Positions 10,424-23,429 of a DNA stretch of 64,000 nt are shown one piece after another. Both the position numbers and the translations under genes were made by a program. The stretch is from an uncultured Actinomycetes bacterium (lineage in GTDB: Bacteria; Actinomycetota; Thermoleophilia; UBA2241). Location of the stretch: contig CAVXRL010000008.1 in the NCBI GenBank assembly GCA_963764225.1, forward strand, positions 126,362-190,361. Reading direction: 5' to 3'. The notes beneath the pieces are model-generated. The model saw nothing but the letters and a program-made list of their open reading frames with translations, ran no database searches and was not told the origin of the DNA. Positions within the stretch are counted from its first letter, which is position 1; every line of letters starts with the position of its first letter.

Positions 10424-11275
10424 CTACTCGGCTCGGTAGTGCGCGAGCGCCGCGCCGTCCGCGTCCCGCAGCCAGAGCTCGTCTCCCTCGATGAGGTAGG
10501 TCGCGGTCCGGGGAAGAGCCGCGAGGTACGCCGCCTCCTGGTCCATCGCCTTCTGCGGCCCGGCCATCTTGGTGGTGACGATCGCCCCGTCGATGGACAT
10601 CGTCTCGCCCGACGTCGTGTAGGTGGTCGAGTACTGGTTCACGGAGGCGTTGCCGCTCAGGCTCGCGTCCTCGCCGAAGACCGCCGTGACGCTGGTGCCG
10701 TCCGCGACGCCCTCGAGGGCGCCCTTGCCGTTGTTGTAGGCGAGCGCCCGCCAGGTCGTCTTCTCCAGCGACGCCGGCACGACGGCCTCGTACCGCACGA
10801 GCGTAGCGCCCTTCGCGTCCATGAGCGTCAGCGTGTCCGCGGCGACCGCGAACGAGGCCGCCTCGGTGAGGGCCGTGAAGTAGGCCCCCTCCTGCGCCAT
10901 GGCGTCCTCGGGACCGGCCATCAGCGTCGCCGCCGGCTGTTCGATGGTGATGCCGTCGGGCTCCCCGGTGCTGTAACCGGCGGAGTAGCGGTTGACGCCG
11001 CCGGAGCCGCCGACGACGCCGTCCTCGAACGTCGCCGTGACCTCGGCGTCCGCCGCCGGCGTCGCGACGCCGGCGATCTCCACGGCCTTCCAGACCTTGC
11101 CCGACAGGGCCGCGGGGTCCTGGGTCGGGGCGCCTGAGGTGGTGCCCGAGCCGCAGGCCGTGGCGGCCAGGGGCAGCACCAGGGCGACTCCGACGGCCGC
11201 GACGAGCCGCAGGGCGCGCGGACGGACCCGCTGCCCAGCGGTCGGACCGCGCCGTGCGGCTGCTTGCGAACGCAT
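10424..11275 (-). CDS. Lipoprotein with two META (HslJ-like, DUF306) domains.
   Basis: The lipobox LAATACGS is followed by two repeats of the …MAGP(E/Q)xAM(A/D)QEAAY(F/L)(T/A)AL… META motif. The ATG overlaps the sulfatase stop (ATGA) at 11273-11277. Confidence 0.65.
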   Translation of the reverse strand: MRSQAAARRGPTAGQRVRPRALRLVAAVGVALVLPLAATACGSGTTSGAPTQDPAALSGKVWKAVEIAGVATPAADAEVTATFEDGVVGGSGGVNRYSAGYSTGEPDGITIEQPAATLMAGPEDAMAQEGAYFTALTEAASFAVAADTLTLMDAKGATLVRYEAVVPASLEKTTWRALAYNNGKGALEGVADGTSVTAVFGEDASLSGNASVNQYSTTYTTSGETMSIDGAIVTTKMAGPQKAMDQEAAYLAALPRTATYLIEGDELWLRDADGAALAHYRAE

Positions 11276-12766
11276 CAGCTCTGGCTCCCCGCGACCTCCT
11301 GGAGCTTCTCCAGGACGCGGTCGAGGTTGAACGAGGCCGGCTTCTGGCGCGGCGGGAACTCCTTGAACTCGGCGATCGCCTCCGCCACCACCGCCTGCGC
11401 CGGGATGACGAGGTAGATGCGGTCCAGGAACCAGTCCCAGTACGTGTTGGAGTCGGTGAGCGCGCGCTCGAAGGGGTCGCGCCGCAGGTTGACGAGCTTG
11501 GGAGCGCGCAGCTCCACGAACGGCTCGAGCCACAGCGCGAGCTGGTGCGCCCGCTGCTCTCTGAAGATGTACTTCCAGTCGCCGACGCGGAGCGCGACGA
11601 GCTCGGCGTCGTCGTTCACGTAGAAGAAGCGGTCGCGCGGGCTCGCGTCGGCCTCGCCCGCGAAGTAGGCGTTCATGTCCTTGCCGTCGAGGATGACCTT
11701 GAAGGTCTTGCCGCCGGCCTCGTGCCCCGCCCGGCACTTCGCCGCGATGTCCGGTTCTCCGGCCGCGGCGAGGAAGGTCGTCAGCATGTCCTGGTGGGCG
11801 ACGATGCCGTTGAGCGTCACGCCCGCCTGCCACCTGCGCCGGCCAGCGCAGGAAGGCCGGCACGCGGTAGGCGCCCTCCCAGTTGCTGTTCTTCTCGGAG
11901 CGGAAGGGCGTGATCGCGGCGTCCGGCCAGGAGTTGTAGTGCGGGCCGTTGTCGGTCGAGTACATGACGATCGTGTCGTCGGCGATGCCCAGCTCGTCGA
12001 GCTTGTCGAGGATCAGGCCGACGTGGCGGTCGTGCTCCACCATGCCGTCGTTGTACTCTCCCTGGCCGCTGACGCCGCGGTTCTCGTCCTTGACGTGCGT
12101 GCGGAAGTGCATCCGTGTCGCGTTCCACCAGAGGAAGAACGGGCTTGCTCCGCTCTGCGTGACCTCGTCGAGGTACTCCAGCGTCCGCGCGGTCACCTCG
12201 TCGTCGATCGTCTCCATGCGCTTGCGCGTCAGCGGCCCGGTGTCCTCGACCTTCTGCGTGCCGTCGGCCTGCGCCCAGCTGTGGATCACGCCGCGGGGCC
12301 CGAAGCGCTCCTTGAACGCCGGGGCCTTCGGGTAGTCCTCGTGCTCCGGCTCCTCCTCGGCGTTGAGGTGGTAGAGGTTGCCGAAGAACTCGTCAAAACC
12401 GTGGTTGGTGGGGAGGTGCTCGTCCGGTCGCCGAGGTGGTTCTTGCCGAACTGCGCGGTCGCGTACCCCAGCGGCTTGAGGAGCTCGGCGATGGTCGGGT
12501 CCTCCGGGCGCAGGCCGAAGTCGGCGCCGGGCACGCCGACCTTGGTGAGCCCGGTGCGCAGCGGGTTCTGCCCGGTGATGAAGGCGGCGCGGCCGGCGGT
12601 GCAGCTCTGCTGCCCGTAGAAGTCGGTGAAGCCGACGCCCTCGCGCGCGAGACGGTCGATGTTCGGCGTCTCGATAGCCCATCATGCCGCGGTTGTTGCA
12701 GCTCAGGTTCCAGAAGCCGATGTCGTCGCCCCAGAGGACGAGGATGTTGGGCTTGCCCTCCGGCAT
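11275..12766 (-). CDS. Cys-type arylsulfatase. The reading frame is interrupted at least 3 times (~11820, ~12420, ~12690), from sequence error or pseudogenisation.
   Basis: The N-terminus is [31 protein letters not shown]. Alternate frames restore …[62 protein letters not shown]… (CTAGR FGly motif). After that come [18 protein letters not shown]…[12 protein letters not shown]… and a C-terminal piece in ORF 11275..11820. Confidence 0.75.
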
Positions 12767-12821
12767 GACGCACCTCTCCTTCAGTCGACCGCCGTGACTT
12801 CGACCCGCCGAACGCGCCGAG

Positions 12822-14126
<1,305 letters not shown>

Positions 14127-14217
14127 GGTACAGCAGAGGGGAGGCAGGCTCCGAACGACGGTCGCGGCGGCTCGGGCGGTCGGGATCGAGTCGTGCGTCA
14201 CGACCGCCCGGCGTCGC

Positions 14218-15654
14218 TCAGGATTCGCAGGCTGCTGCCGCAGGGCCCTTCTCGAAGCGCATCTTGCACATCGCGTACTCCTCCGGCACGGCGATGGGGT
14301 AGTCGCCGTCGAAGCAGGCGCGGCAGAACTGGCTGCGCGGCAGGCCGGTGCTGGCCTGCAGGCCGTCGAGCGTGAGGTAGTGCAGGCTGGTGGCGCCGAC
14401 GTGGTCGCGGATCTCGTCCACCGACTTGTTGGCCGCGATGAGTTCCGTGCGCGTGGCCATGTCGATGCCGTAGAAGCACGGCCACTGGATCGGCGGCGAG
14501 CTGATGCGCAGGTGCACCTCGGCGGCGCCGGCGTCGAACAGCATCTGCACCAGCCGGCGCGTGGTGTTGCCGCGGACGATGGAGTCGTCCACCACGACGA
14601 GCCGCTTGCCCTTGATCACCGAGGTCAGCGGGTTGAGCTTCATGCGGATGCCCACCTGGCGCAGCTGGTCGTCGGGCTGGATGAAGGTGCGGTGCACGTA
14701 GCGGTTCTTGATGAGGCCCTCGGTGTAGGGGATGCCGGAGGCGGCGGCGTAGCCGATCGCGGCCGGCATGCCCGTGTCCGGCACGGGGACCACGAGGTCG
14801 GCCTCGACCGGCGCCTCCAGGGAGAGGTGCTTGCCCATCTCCTGGCGCACCACGTGGAGCGTCTTGCCGTTCATCACGCTGTCGGGCCGGGCGAAGTAGA
14901 TGAACTCGAAGATGCAGAGCGCCGGGCGCGCGCCCTCGAGCTCGACGCGCTCGCTGCGCAGGCCGTGCTCGCTGTCGGCGATGACGATCTCGCCCGGCTG
15001 GATCTCGCGCACGAAGTCGGCGCCGATGATGTCGAGCCCGGAGGTCTCGCTGCTGAACACCGGATGTCCCTCGTAGTCGCCGAGGCAGAGCGGGCGCACG
15101 CCGTAGGGATCGCGGAAGCCGACCACGGCGTCGCCGCTCATCACCGCGGCGGAGAAGGCGCCACGGATCTTGCTGACGGCGGTGCGCACGCCCTCGAGCA
15201 GGTCGCCCTCGGCCTCGTGCGCGATGAGCGCCGTGATGACCTCGGTGTCGGTGGTGCCCGAGAACTTGACGCCTTGGGCGACGAGCTCGTCGCGCAGCTC
15301 CGTGGTGTTGACGAGGTTGCCGTTGTGCCCCAGCGCGATGACGTCGCCGTTGCGGCTGCGCACCAGCGGCTGCGAGTTCGACCAGTGGCTCGACCCCGTC
15401 GTGCTGTAGCGCACGTGGCCGATGGCGTGCTGGCCGCTGAGGCTCTGGAGCATCTGCTCGTTGAACACCTGGCTGACCAGGCCGAGGTCCTTGATGACCG
15501 TGACCTGGCCGTCGTCGGCCACCGCGATGCCGGCGCTCTCCTGCCCGCGGTGCTGCAGGGCGTACAGCCCGAAGAACGTGAGGCGCGCGACGTCGTGCCC
15601 CGGCGCGTGGATGCCGAAGACGCCACAGCTGTCGTGGAGACGATCGTCGTACAC
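14218..15654 (-). CDS. purF: Amidophosphoribosyltransferase.
   Basis: The N-terminal Ntn motif is MYDDRLHDSCGVFGI, followed by …GHVRYSTTGSS… and a PRTase motif (VVVDDSIVRGNTTR). Confidence 0.95.
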   Translation of the reverse strand: MYDDRLHDSCGVFGIHAPGHDVARLTFFGLYALQHRGQESAGIAVADDGQVTVIKDLGLVSQVFNEQMLQSLSGQHAIGHVRYSTTGSSHWSNSQPLVRSRNGDVIALGHNGNLVNTTELRDELVAQGVKFSGTTDTEVITALIAHEAEGDLLEGVRTAVSKIRGAFSAAVMSGDAVVGFRDPYGVRPLCLGDYEGHPVFSSETSGLDIIGADFVREIQPGEIVIADSEHGLRSERVELEGARPALCIFEFIYFARPDSVMNGKTLHVVRQEMGKHLSLEAPVEADLVVPVPDTGMPAAIGYAAASGIPYTEGLIKNRYVHRTFIQPDDQLRQVGIRMKLNPLTSVIKGKRLVVVDDSIVRGNTTRRLVQMLFDAGAAEVHLRISSPPIQWPCFYGIDMATRTELIAANKSVDEIRDHVGATSLHYLTLDGLQASTGLPRSQFCRACFDGDYPIAVPEEYAMCKMRFEKGPAAAACES

Positions 15655-15715
15655 AACGCTCGGTTCCGTCAGGCGAGCCGCTCCGGGAGCGACTCATAAG
15701 CAGAATGGAGCTCGC

Positions 15716-17979
15716 TCACCGGGACGGCGAAGAGCTCCTTGCCATCCATGGTACACCGCAGGTGGGTCCCGGCAACCCGGCCCGCCGTCGTGGTGCGGCA
15801 GGTCGCCGAGGATGGCCTCCGAGCTCGGCGACCTTGTCCGGCGCGCAGCTGACGACCACGCGGGTCGGCGCCTCGCCGAACAGCGCGAGGTCGGCGCGGC
15901 CGGCGGCGCCGGTGACGGCCGCGGCGGAGCCGAGGTCGACCTCGGCGCCGAGCCAGCGGCCGCGGCCGGCGCGCGCCACCGGGTCGACGGTCTGCGCGCC
16001 GCCGTTGCTGCCGCTGAACACGCAGCACTCGGCCAGCGCCACGGCGAGTCCGCCCTCGGAGCAGTCGTGGGCGCTCTTGAGCAGGCGCGCCTCGATGGCC
16101 GCGCGGAGCTTCTTCTGCAGCTCGACCTCGAGCTGCAGGTCGACGTCGGGGATGCGGCCCTCGACCCTGCCGTAGGCGACCTTCTGGTACTCGCTGCCGT
16201 CCATCCAGGCGGCGGTGTCGCCGAGGAAGAGGATGACGTCGCCCTCGTCCTTGAACGCGCCGTCGATGTGCACGCTCACGTCGTCGAAGATGCCGAGCAT
16301 GCCGACCATCGGCGTCGGGTAGATCGCCTGGCCGAAGCTCTCGTTGTAGAAGCTCACGTTGCCGCTGACGACCGGCGTGTCGAGCGCCTCGCAGGCCTCG
16401 GCCATGCCCTCGATGGCCTGCTCGAACTGCCAGTAGATCTCGCCCTTCTCCGGATTGCCGAAGTTGAGGCAGTCGGTGACGGCCACGGGCAGCGCGCCGG
16501 TGCAGGCGAGGTTGCGCGCCGCCTCGGCGGTCGCGGCCTTGGCGCCGCGGTACGGGTCGAGGTAGCAGTGGCGGCCGTTGCAGTCGTTGCTGAAGGCGAA
16601 GCCGCGGTCGGTGCCCTTGATGCGCAGCACCGCGGCGTCGGAGCCGGGGATCTGCACCGTGTTGGCCTGGACGATGTAGTCGTACTGCTCCCAGGCCCAG
16701 CGCTTGGAGGCGATGTTGGGCGCGGCCATGAGCTGCGTGAGCGCCGCGCCCAGGTCCTCGGCGGGCGGATACGCCGCGTCGTCCACGGTCACGGGCTCGT
16801 CGACGATGTAGTCGGGCTTCACGGAGGGCGTGCGGATGACGGGGCTCTCGTCGGCGAGGCGGCGGGCGGGGATGTCGGCCACGCGCTCGCCGTGCCACCA
16901 GATGCGCAGCATCTTGCTGTCGGTGACCTCGCCGATGACGGTGCAGTCGAGGTCCCAGCGCTCGCAGACCTCGCGCACGTCGGCGATCTGCTCGTCGGTG
17001 ACGATCGCCAGCATGCGCTCCTGGCTCTCGCTGATCATGATCTCCCACGGCTCCATGTCGGCCTCGCGCAGCGGCACGCGGTCGGCGTGGATGTCGAGGC
17101 CCACGTGGCCCTTGCTCGACATCTCCGAGCTGGAGCTGGTGAGGCCGGCGGCGCCGAGGTCCTGCATGCTCACCACGAGCTTGCGGTGGATGAGCTCGAG
17201 GCACGCCTCGATGAGCTTCTTCTCGGTGAAGGGGTCGCCGACCTGGACGCTCGGGCGCTTCTCCTCGAGCGTCTCGTCGAACTCCTGGCTGGCGAGCACG
17301 CTGGCGCCGCCGATGCCGTCGCGGCCGGTCTTGGAGCCGATGAGCACCACGTGGTTGCCGACGCCGCTGGCGATGGCGCGCACGATGCCGTCGGTGCGGA
17401 TGAGGCCGGCGCTGAACGCGTTGACCAGGCAGTTGCCCTCGTAGCTGGGCTCGAAGTAGATCTCGCCGCCCACGGTGGGGATGCCGAGGCAGTTGCCGTA
17501 GTGGGCGATGCCGCCGACGACGCCGTCGAGCAGGAAGCGCTGGCGCGGCTCGGTGAGCTCGCCGAAGCGCAGGGAGTCCATGCTCACGCACGGGCGCGCG
17601 CCCATGGTGAAGATGTCGCGCACGATGCCGCCGACGCCGGTGGCCGCGCCCTGGAAGGGCTCGACGGCCGACGGGTGGTTGTGGCTCTCGACCTTCATCG
17701 CCACGGCCCAGCCGTCGCCGACGTCGATGATGCCGGCGTTCTCGCCGGGGCCCTGCAGGATGCGCGGCCCGGACGTGGGGAACCGCCCGAGCACGGGCCG
17801 CGAGTGCTTGTAGCTGCAGTGCTCGCTCCACATGAGCGAGTAGATGGCGAGCTCGACGTACGTGGGCTCGCGGTCCTGGATGCGCTTGATGTGCTCGTAC
17901 TCGTCCTCGGTGAGGCCGAGCTTGATCGCCGCGGCGAGGTCGGCCGTGCGGTTCACGTACTGGTGCTTGCCGTCGGGGC

Positions 17980-17983
<4 letters not shown>
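15716..17983 (-). CDS. purL: Phosphoribosylformylglycinamidine synthase subunit PurL.
   Basis: MSPDGKHQYVN…EPTYVELAIYSLMWSEHCSYKHSRPVL… The ATG overlaps the purQ stop (ATGA). Confidence 0.95.
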
Positions 17984-18710
<727 letters not shown>

Positions 18711-18717
18711 CGCGGCG

Positions 18718-18966
18718 TCACCCCTCGGTGATCTCGAAGGTGTAGTCCTCGATGATCGGGTTGGAGAGGAGCTTGCGGCACATGTCGTCGACTTCGGCGC
18801 GGGCGGCCTCTTCGGAGCCCTTGCCGTCGATGGTGAGATCGACGATCTTGCCGATGCGGACGCCGCTCACACCCTCGAAGCCGAGGTTGGGGAGCGAGCG
18901 CTCGACGGCTGCTCCCTGGGGGTCGAGGATGCCCTGTTTGGGGACGACGTAGACACGGACCTTCAT
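18718..18966 (-). CDS. purS: Phosphoribosylformylglycinamidine synthase subunit PurS.
   Basis: An 82-aa [30 protein letters not shown]… typical PurS. Confidence 0.9.
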   Translation of the reverse strand: MKVRVYVVPKQGILDPQGAAVERSLPNLGFEGVSGVRIGKIVDLTIDGKGSEEAARAEVDDMCRKLLSNPIIEDYTFEITEG

Positions 18967-19095
18967 CGATTCACCTGCCCGGAGAATGTGTGCGGGGACG
19001 GGTCCGAGTCTATCGCAGATGAGGGCGGGGCGGGCGTCGGCCGCGGGCCCGCCCCGCCCTCGTCGGCACGCCGGGGCGTGCGCGGGGAGGTCGCG

Positions 19096-19548
19096 TCAGG
19101 CGGCCTCTTCCCGGATGTCCTTGAGCGTCTCGTCCACCCGCGACGTTTCGCCGGACTGGCCGCCGGACTGGCTCCGGATGTGCTCGGCGATCTCGTCGGT
19201 CATGTGCTGGAACTCGCCGAGGTCGGTGCTCTGGGCGTGGATGTACGCGCTGTACATCGCGGTCTCGCCCGCCACTCTCGCGGCCTCCTCGAGCTGCTCT
19301 TCCGTCGTCCCCATCAACTGGGTGGCGGTGCGGTGGAAGTAGGTGCAGTAGGGGCAGTGGATGGCGGCGGCGACGGCATAGCCGATCAGCTGCTTCTCGC
19401 GCGCCGAGAGCACCGTGTCGCCGAACTGGAACTGCTTGAAGTCCGCCCACTGAAGCTCGAGCGTCTCGTCGGGCATGCTTGCGAAGAACGGGGGGACCTG
19501 GCCGAGGGTCTCTACGATCTCCCGTTCGATGTCGGACCGGTTCATCAT
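19096..19548 (-). CDS. Carboxymuconolactone decarboxylase (AhpD-like) family protein.
   Basis: …IGYAVAAAIHCPYCTYFH… is the CMD/AhpD CxxC-type motif. Confidence 0.8.
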   Translation of the reverse strand: MMNRSDIEREIVETLGQVPPFFASMPDETLELQWADFKQFQFGDTVLSAREKQLIGYAVAAAIHCPYCTYFHRTATQLMGTTEEQLEEAARVAGETAMYSAYIHAQSTDLGEFQHMTDEIAEHIRSQSGGQSGETSRVDETLKDIREEAA

Positions 19549-19721
19549 CTACCTCCGGTGCCGGTAGGGGTCAGGAGTGTGCGTCATCGCACCCTTAGTG
19601 GCTTCCCGGCACCTGTCCGCCAAAACCATTCCCGGAGCGGGACGCGCGTTTGCGCATGGGAATAGCGAGAAGGGATACAGACGATCGGGAACACTTAGTG
19701 ATCGACGACGCGGAGGTGCCG

Positions 19722-20909
19722 ATGGCACGAGTAGAGATGTACTCGATGGAGTGGTGTCCGTACTGCGCCAAGGCCAAGGCCTTGCTGGGCGCCAAGGGCA
19801 TCGAGTACGACGAAGTGGACGTGACCGACGACGAGGACAAGGCCATCGAGATGGTCGAGCGCACCGGCCAGCGCGGCGTGCCGCAGTTCTTCATCGACGG
19901 ACAGTGGGTCGGCGGGTACGACAACCTCGCGTACCTGAACGCGACCGGCACCCTCGACCAGCTGTTCGGCATCGAATCGACGGTCGACCTCGACAAGGTG
20001 TGGGACGTGGCGGTGATCGGCGGCGGGCCGGCCGGCCTCTCGGCCGCCATGTACGCCGCCCGCAAGAACCTCTCGACGATCCTGATCGCGCTCGACCTGG
20101 GCGGGCAGGTGGGCATCACCCACCTCGTGACCAACTACCCCGGCATGCCGGTGGTGGAGGGTCCGGAGCTCGTCCGCCTCATGTTCGAGCAGGCGTACAT
20201 GTACGGATTGGAGCGGCTTCTCGGCGAGCGCGTCGACGACATCGCCGTGAACGGCCGCGCCAAGGTCCTCCGGCTCGCCTCGGGCAAGGAGGTCAAGGCG
20301 CGCTCGGTGATCGTCGCCAGCGGCGCCAACAAGCGCCGTCTCGAGGTCCCGGGCGAGAGCGAGTTCGCCGGCCGCGGGGTCGTCTATTGCTCCACCTGCG
20401 ACGGCCCGTTCTACAAGCAGAAGACCATAGCGATCGTGGGCGGCGGCAGCTCGGCGCTGGAGGCCGCCGTCGAGATGAGCGGCATCGCCAAGAAGGTGCA
20501 CGTGGTGAGCCGCGGCCCGTGGAGCGGCGAGGAGTGGCTCAAGGACAAGGCCGCGTCGTCGCCGCACGTCCGCAAGCTCGAGGGCTACGAGCCCGTCGAG
20601 ATCCAGGGCGGCGAGGTGGTCGAGCGGCTCGTGATCCGCGACATCGAGACCGGCAAGCAGCGCACGCTCGTCGTGGACGGCGTGTTCATCGAGGTGGGCC
20701 TCGAGCCCAACTCGGATCTGCTGCTGGACCTCGCCCGCACCAACCAGCGGGGCGAGGTGGTCGTGGACGAGTGGGGCGACACGGGCGTGCGCGGCGTGTT
20801 CGCCGCCGGCGACGTGACCGCCAACAAGGACAAGCAGATCGTCATCGCCGCCGGGGAGGGCGCCAAGGCGGCGCTGGCGGCGTTCGACTACCTCATCTCG
20901 CAGCGCTGA
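19722..20909 (+). CDS. Glutaredoxin-thioredoxin reductase fusion protein (N-terminal CPYC glutaredoxin + TrxB-like flavoprotein).
   Basis: MARVEMYSMEWCPYCAKAKALLGAKGIEYDEVDV is a classic Grx. It continues as VAVIGGGPAGLSAAMYAA…GVVYCSTCDGPFYK…IVGGGSSALEAAVEMS (TrxR redox CxxC and two Rossmann motifs). Confidence 0.8.
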   Translation: MARVEMYSMEWCPYCAKAKALLGAKGIEYDEVDVTDDEDKAIEMVERTGQRGVPQFFIDGQWVGGYDNLAYLNATGTLDQLFGIESTVDLDKVWDVAVIGGGPAGLSAAMYAARKNLSTILIALDLGGQVGITHLVTNYPGMPVVEGPELVRLMFEQAYMYGLERLLGERVDDIAVNGRAKVLRLASGKEVKARSVIVASGANKRRLEVPGESEFAGRGVVYCSTCDGPFYKQKTIAIVGGGSSALEAAVEMSGIAKKVHVVSRGPWSGEEWLKDKAASSPHVRKLEGYEPVEIQGGEVVERLVIRDIETGKQRTLVVDGVFIEVGLEPNSDLLLDLARTNQRGEVVVDEWGDTGVRGVFAAGDVTANKDKQIVIAAGEGAKAALAAFDYLISQR

Positions 20910-21154
20910 CCTCGAGCCCCGGGGCCGCGCCGAGGCGGCAGTCGTTCGACCGGCCCCGCAGCCTCGCCTCGGCTCCGGCCGGAGGGTCGTCGTGTGACCC
21001 CACTCTGTTTGCGTAGAGCCATCTGGCTCTACATCTCCGACCTCCCCGCCTCAGAGGGGTCAGGATGTCGAGCCAATGTAGATACGTCGACAGAGTGCCC
21101 GGGAGGGCCATCCCCTCGGCGGCCGGGCGGCGGCCTCGCGCGGGGGCTGCCCTC

Positions 21155-23092
21155 TCAGGCGCCGCCGGTGTGCTCGAGGATGAACTCCACCGTGCGCCGG
21201 TCGTAGTCCAGCCGGTGCACCAGCCCGCTGATCTCGTGGCCCTCGTCGGGGTAGACGACGTAGTCGCAGACCTTGCCGCGGCCGCGCAGCACCTCCGCGA
21301 CCTCCGCGATCTGCCGTGGCGGGCAGCGCGGGTCGAGGGCGCCGCCGAGGAGCAGGAGCGGCGCCTCCACGCGGTCGAGGTGGTGGATCGGCGAGTAGTA
21401 CTCGAGCCGGGCCCGGTCGCGCTCGATGTCCCCCGTGTTCTGCTGGTCCCACCAGCGCAGGTCCTCGCGGATGCTCGGGTCGAGTTGCGCGTCGATGAAG
21501 TCGAAGAACGGCACGCCGGCCACACCGCAGGCCCACAGCTCGGGGAACTGCGTGACGGCGGCCATGGTGTGGAACCCGCCCCAGCTGCGACCCGTGATCG
21601 CGATGCGCGCCGGGTCGCAGCCGCGCTCCACCAGGAACTCGTGGGCCGCGGCGACGTCGAGGATCTCCCCCTGGCCCATCAGCCAGCGGTTCGCCACCTG
21701 CCAGCGGCGGCCGTACCCGTCGCTGCCGCGGTAGTTGGGGTGCAGCACGGTGAACCCGGCGGCGACGAACGCCTGGCGCAGCGGGTCCCACTCGTTGGAG
21801 TGGTGCCACGTCGGGCCGCCGTGGACGATGACGACGGCGGCCCCGTTGGGCTCGTCCGGCTCGACGAGGATCCCTGGTACCTCGGCGAGGTGGTCCCAGC
21901 TGGTGAACCGCACGGGCTCGCCGGAGACGAAGGGGACCTCCCGCAGGTGCGGCGGCAGCGACTGCGTGAGCTGCGTGACCTCACCGTCCTCGAGCTCCAC
22001 GCGGAAGAGGTCCGGCGGCGCGTCGGGACGGCTGAGCACGCAGACCAGCGCCGTGCCGTCGGGGGTGAAGACCGGCGCGTAGTGGTTGCCGGGCGCCACG
22101 CTGTACTCGGTCATCGCGCCGTCGCGCAGGTCCACGTGGAGGAGGCCGGTCTCGCCCTCCACGTCCACGAGGAACGCGAGCGCCGCGCCGTCCGGGGCCC
22201 ACACCGGGTGGTGCGCGTCGACGCGGCCGTCCTCCCACGCCCAGGTCACCGACCCGGTGGCGAGCTCGTACACGCCGATCGCCGGGTGGTCGCCGGCGCC
22301 GCCGGAGAACGCGAGGCGGCGCCCGTCGGGAGCCCAGGCGGGGTGCGCGGCCAGGAACCGGTCGCTGCCGCCCACGTAGCCGGCCTCGCCCGACTCCACG
22401 TCGATGACGACCACGGCGGTGTCCTGGCCGCGGGTGCCGGTGGTGACGGCGAGGCGGGCGCCGTCCGGCGACCAGTGCGGTGACGACTCCGTGTACGGGT
22501 GCTCGGTGAGCAGTCGCAGCCCCTCGCCGCCGGGCAGCGGGTCGGCCGGCATCACCGCGACCGCGTACCCGGCGCCGTGGGCCACGGTGAGCGCGATGCG
22601 CGTGCCGTCGGGGGAGAGCTCCGGGTCCGGCAGCGGCGCCAGGTCAGGCGTGTCGGGCAGGAGGTTCTCGAGACGGCCGGAGGAGGCCTCCCAGCGGTAG
22701 ATGTCGTAGCACTCGGAGCCGCGGTCGTCGCGGGTGAAGTAGACGTGGCGACCGTCGGGAGAGAACTGCGGGCAGCCGCAGCGGTCGTGCAGGTCGCCGA
22801 TGCGGCGCGGCCGGCCGTCCGGCAGGTCGCGGATGAAGATCTGCCAGTCGCCGCCCTCGTACCACTCGAACGCGACGGCGTCACCCGCCGGCGAGAGCGC
22901 GAACGGCCGGTAGTCCTGGCCGACGGCCGGAGCCGCGGCCAGTTGTTCGATGAGCGGCGTTCTCACGGTCCCCTCCGATCGCTCGTGCCGGGCGGACGGG
23001 GCGCGGACGCAGCGGCGTCGGCCCCGTGCGCGCCCCAGTCTAGCGTGGAGGGTGCGCGCACACGAGCGCGGCCTCGGCGGGGAGGACGTCAT
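21155..23092 (-). CDS. S9 family (prolyl oligopeptidase-like) serine peptidase with an N-terminal beta-propeller.
   Basis: Repeated …SPDGxxxAF… propeller blades are followed by VIVHGGPTWH…ITGRSWGGFHTMAAV (GxSxGG nucleophile elbow) and a C-terminal catalytic Asp/His region. Confidence 0.85.
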   Translation of the reverse strand: MTSSPPRPRSCARTLHARLGRARGRRRCVRAPSARHERSEGTVRTPLIEQLAAAPAVGQDYRPFALSPAGDAVAFEWYEGGDWQIFIRDLPDGRPRRIGDLHDRCGCPQFSPDGRHVYFTRDDRGSECYDIYRWEASSGRLENLLPDTPDLAPLPDPELSPDGTRIALTVAHGAGYAVAVMPADPLPGGEGLRLLTEHPYTESSPHWSPDGARLAVTTGTRGQDTAVVVIDVESGEAGYVGGSDRFLAAHPAWAPDGRRLAFSGGAGDHPAIGVYELATGSVTWAWEDGRVDAHHPVWAPDGAALAFLVDVEGETGLLHVDLRDGAMTEYSVAPGNHYAPVFTPDGTALVCVLSRPDAPPDLFRVELEDGEVTQLTQSLPPHLREVPFVSGEPVRFTSWDHLAEVPGILVEPDEPNGAAVVIVHGGPTWHHSNEWDPLRQAFVAAGFTVLHPNYRGSDGYGRRWQVANRWLMGQGEILDVAAAHEFLVERGCDPARIAITGRSWGGFHTMAAVTQFPELWACGVAGVPFFDFIDAQLDPSIREDLRWWDQQNTGDIERDRARLEYYSPIHHLDRVEAPLLLLGGALDPRCPPRQIAEVAEVLRGRGKVCDYVVYPDEGHEISGLVHRLDYDRRTVEFILEHTGGA

Positions 23093-23429
23093 CGCGCTCC
23101 GCCGGCAACGTCATCGCGCTCCTCCGGCAACGTCACCGCGCGGGCGCCGCGTAGCCCGTGTTCATCACGGGGACGGCCGCTAGACTGGCGGCGCCACGAT
23201 CACCTGCCCGGCGCGTCACCGCAGGCGGTGCTCAGGGCCGGCTCGGCAAGCGGCCCGGAGAGCCCGGGGAGGTGCTGGTGATGACTGCGTGTCTCGGCGC
23301 GCGAGCGCTGGTCGCGACCGCGTGTCTCGGCCAGAGCCCGCCCCACCTCGGGCCGGCCGGTCACCTCGGGCCGCCGGCCCACGTCGGGCCACCCTGCCGC
23401 CTCGCGCCACCCCTCGACGCTCGCCGCGG

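Noticed and set aside
23093-23400. Direct repeats upstream of the LuxR gene (cgcgctccgccggcaacgtca ×2, cacctcgggccg ×3).
   Set aside because: Checked as a possible CRISPR-like array and rejected. The repeats are short, imperfect and partly inside a GC-rich ORF artefact. They are at most candidate regulator binding sites.
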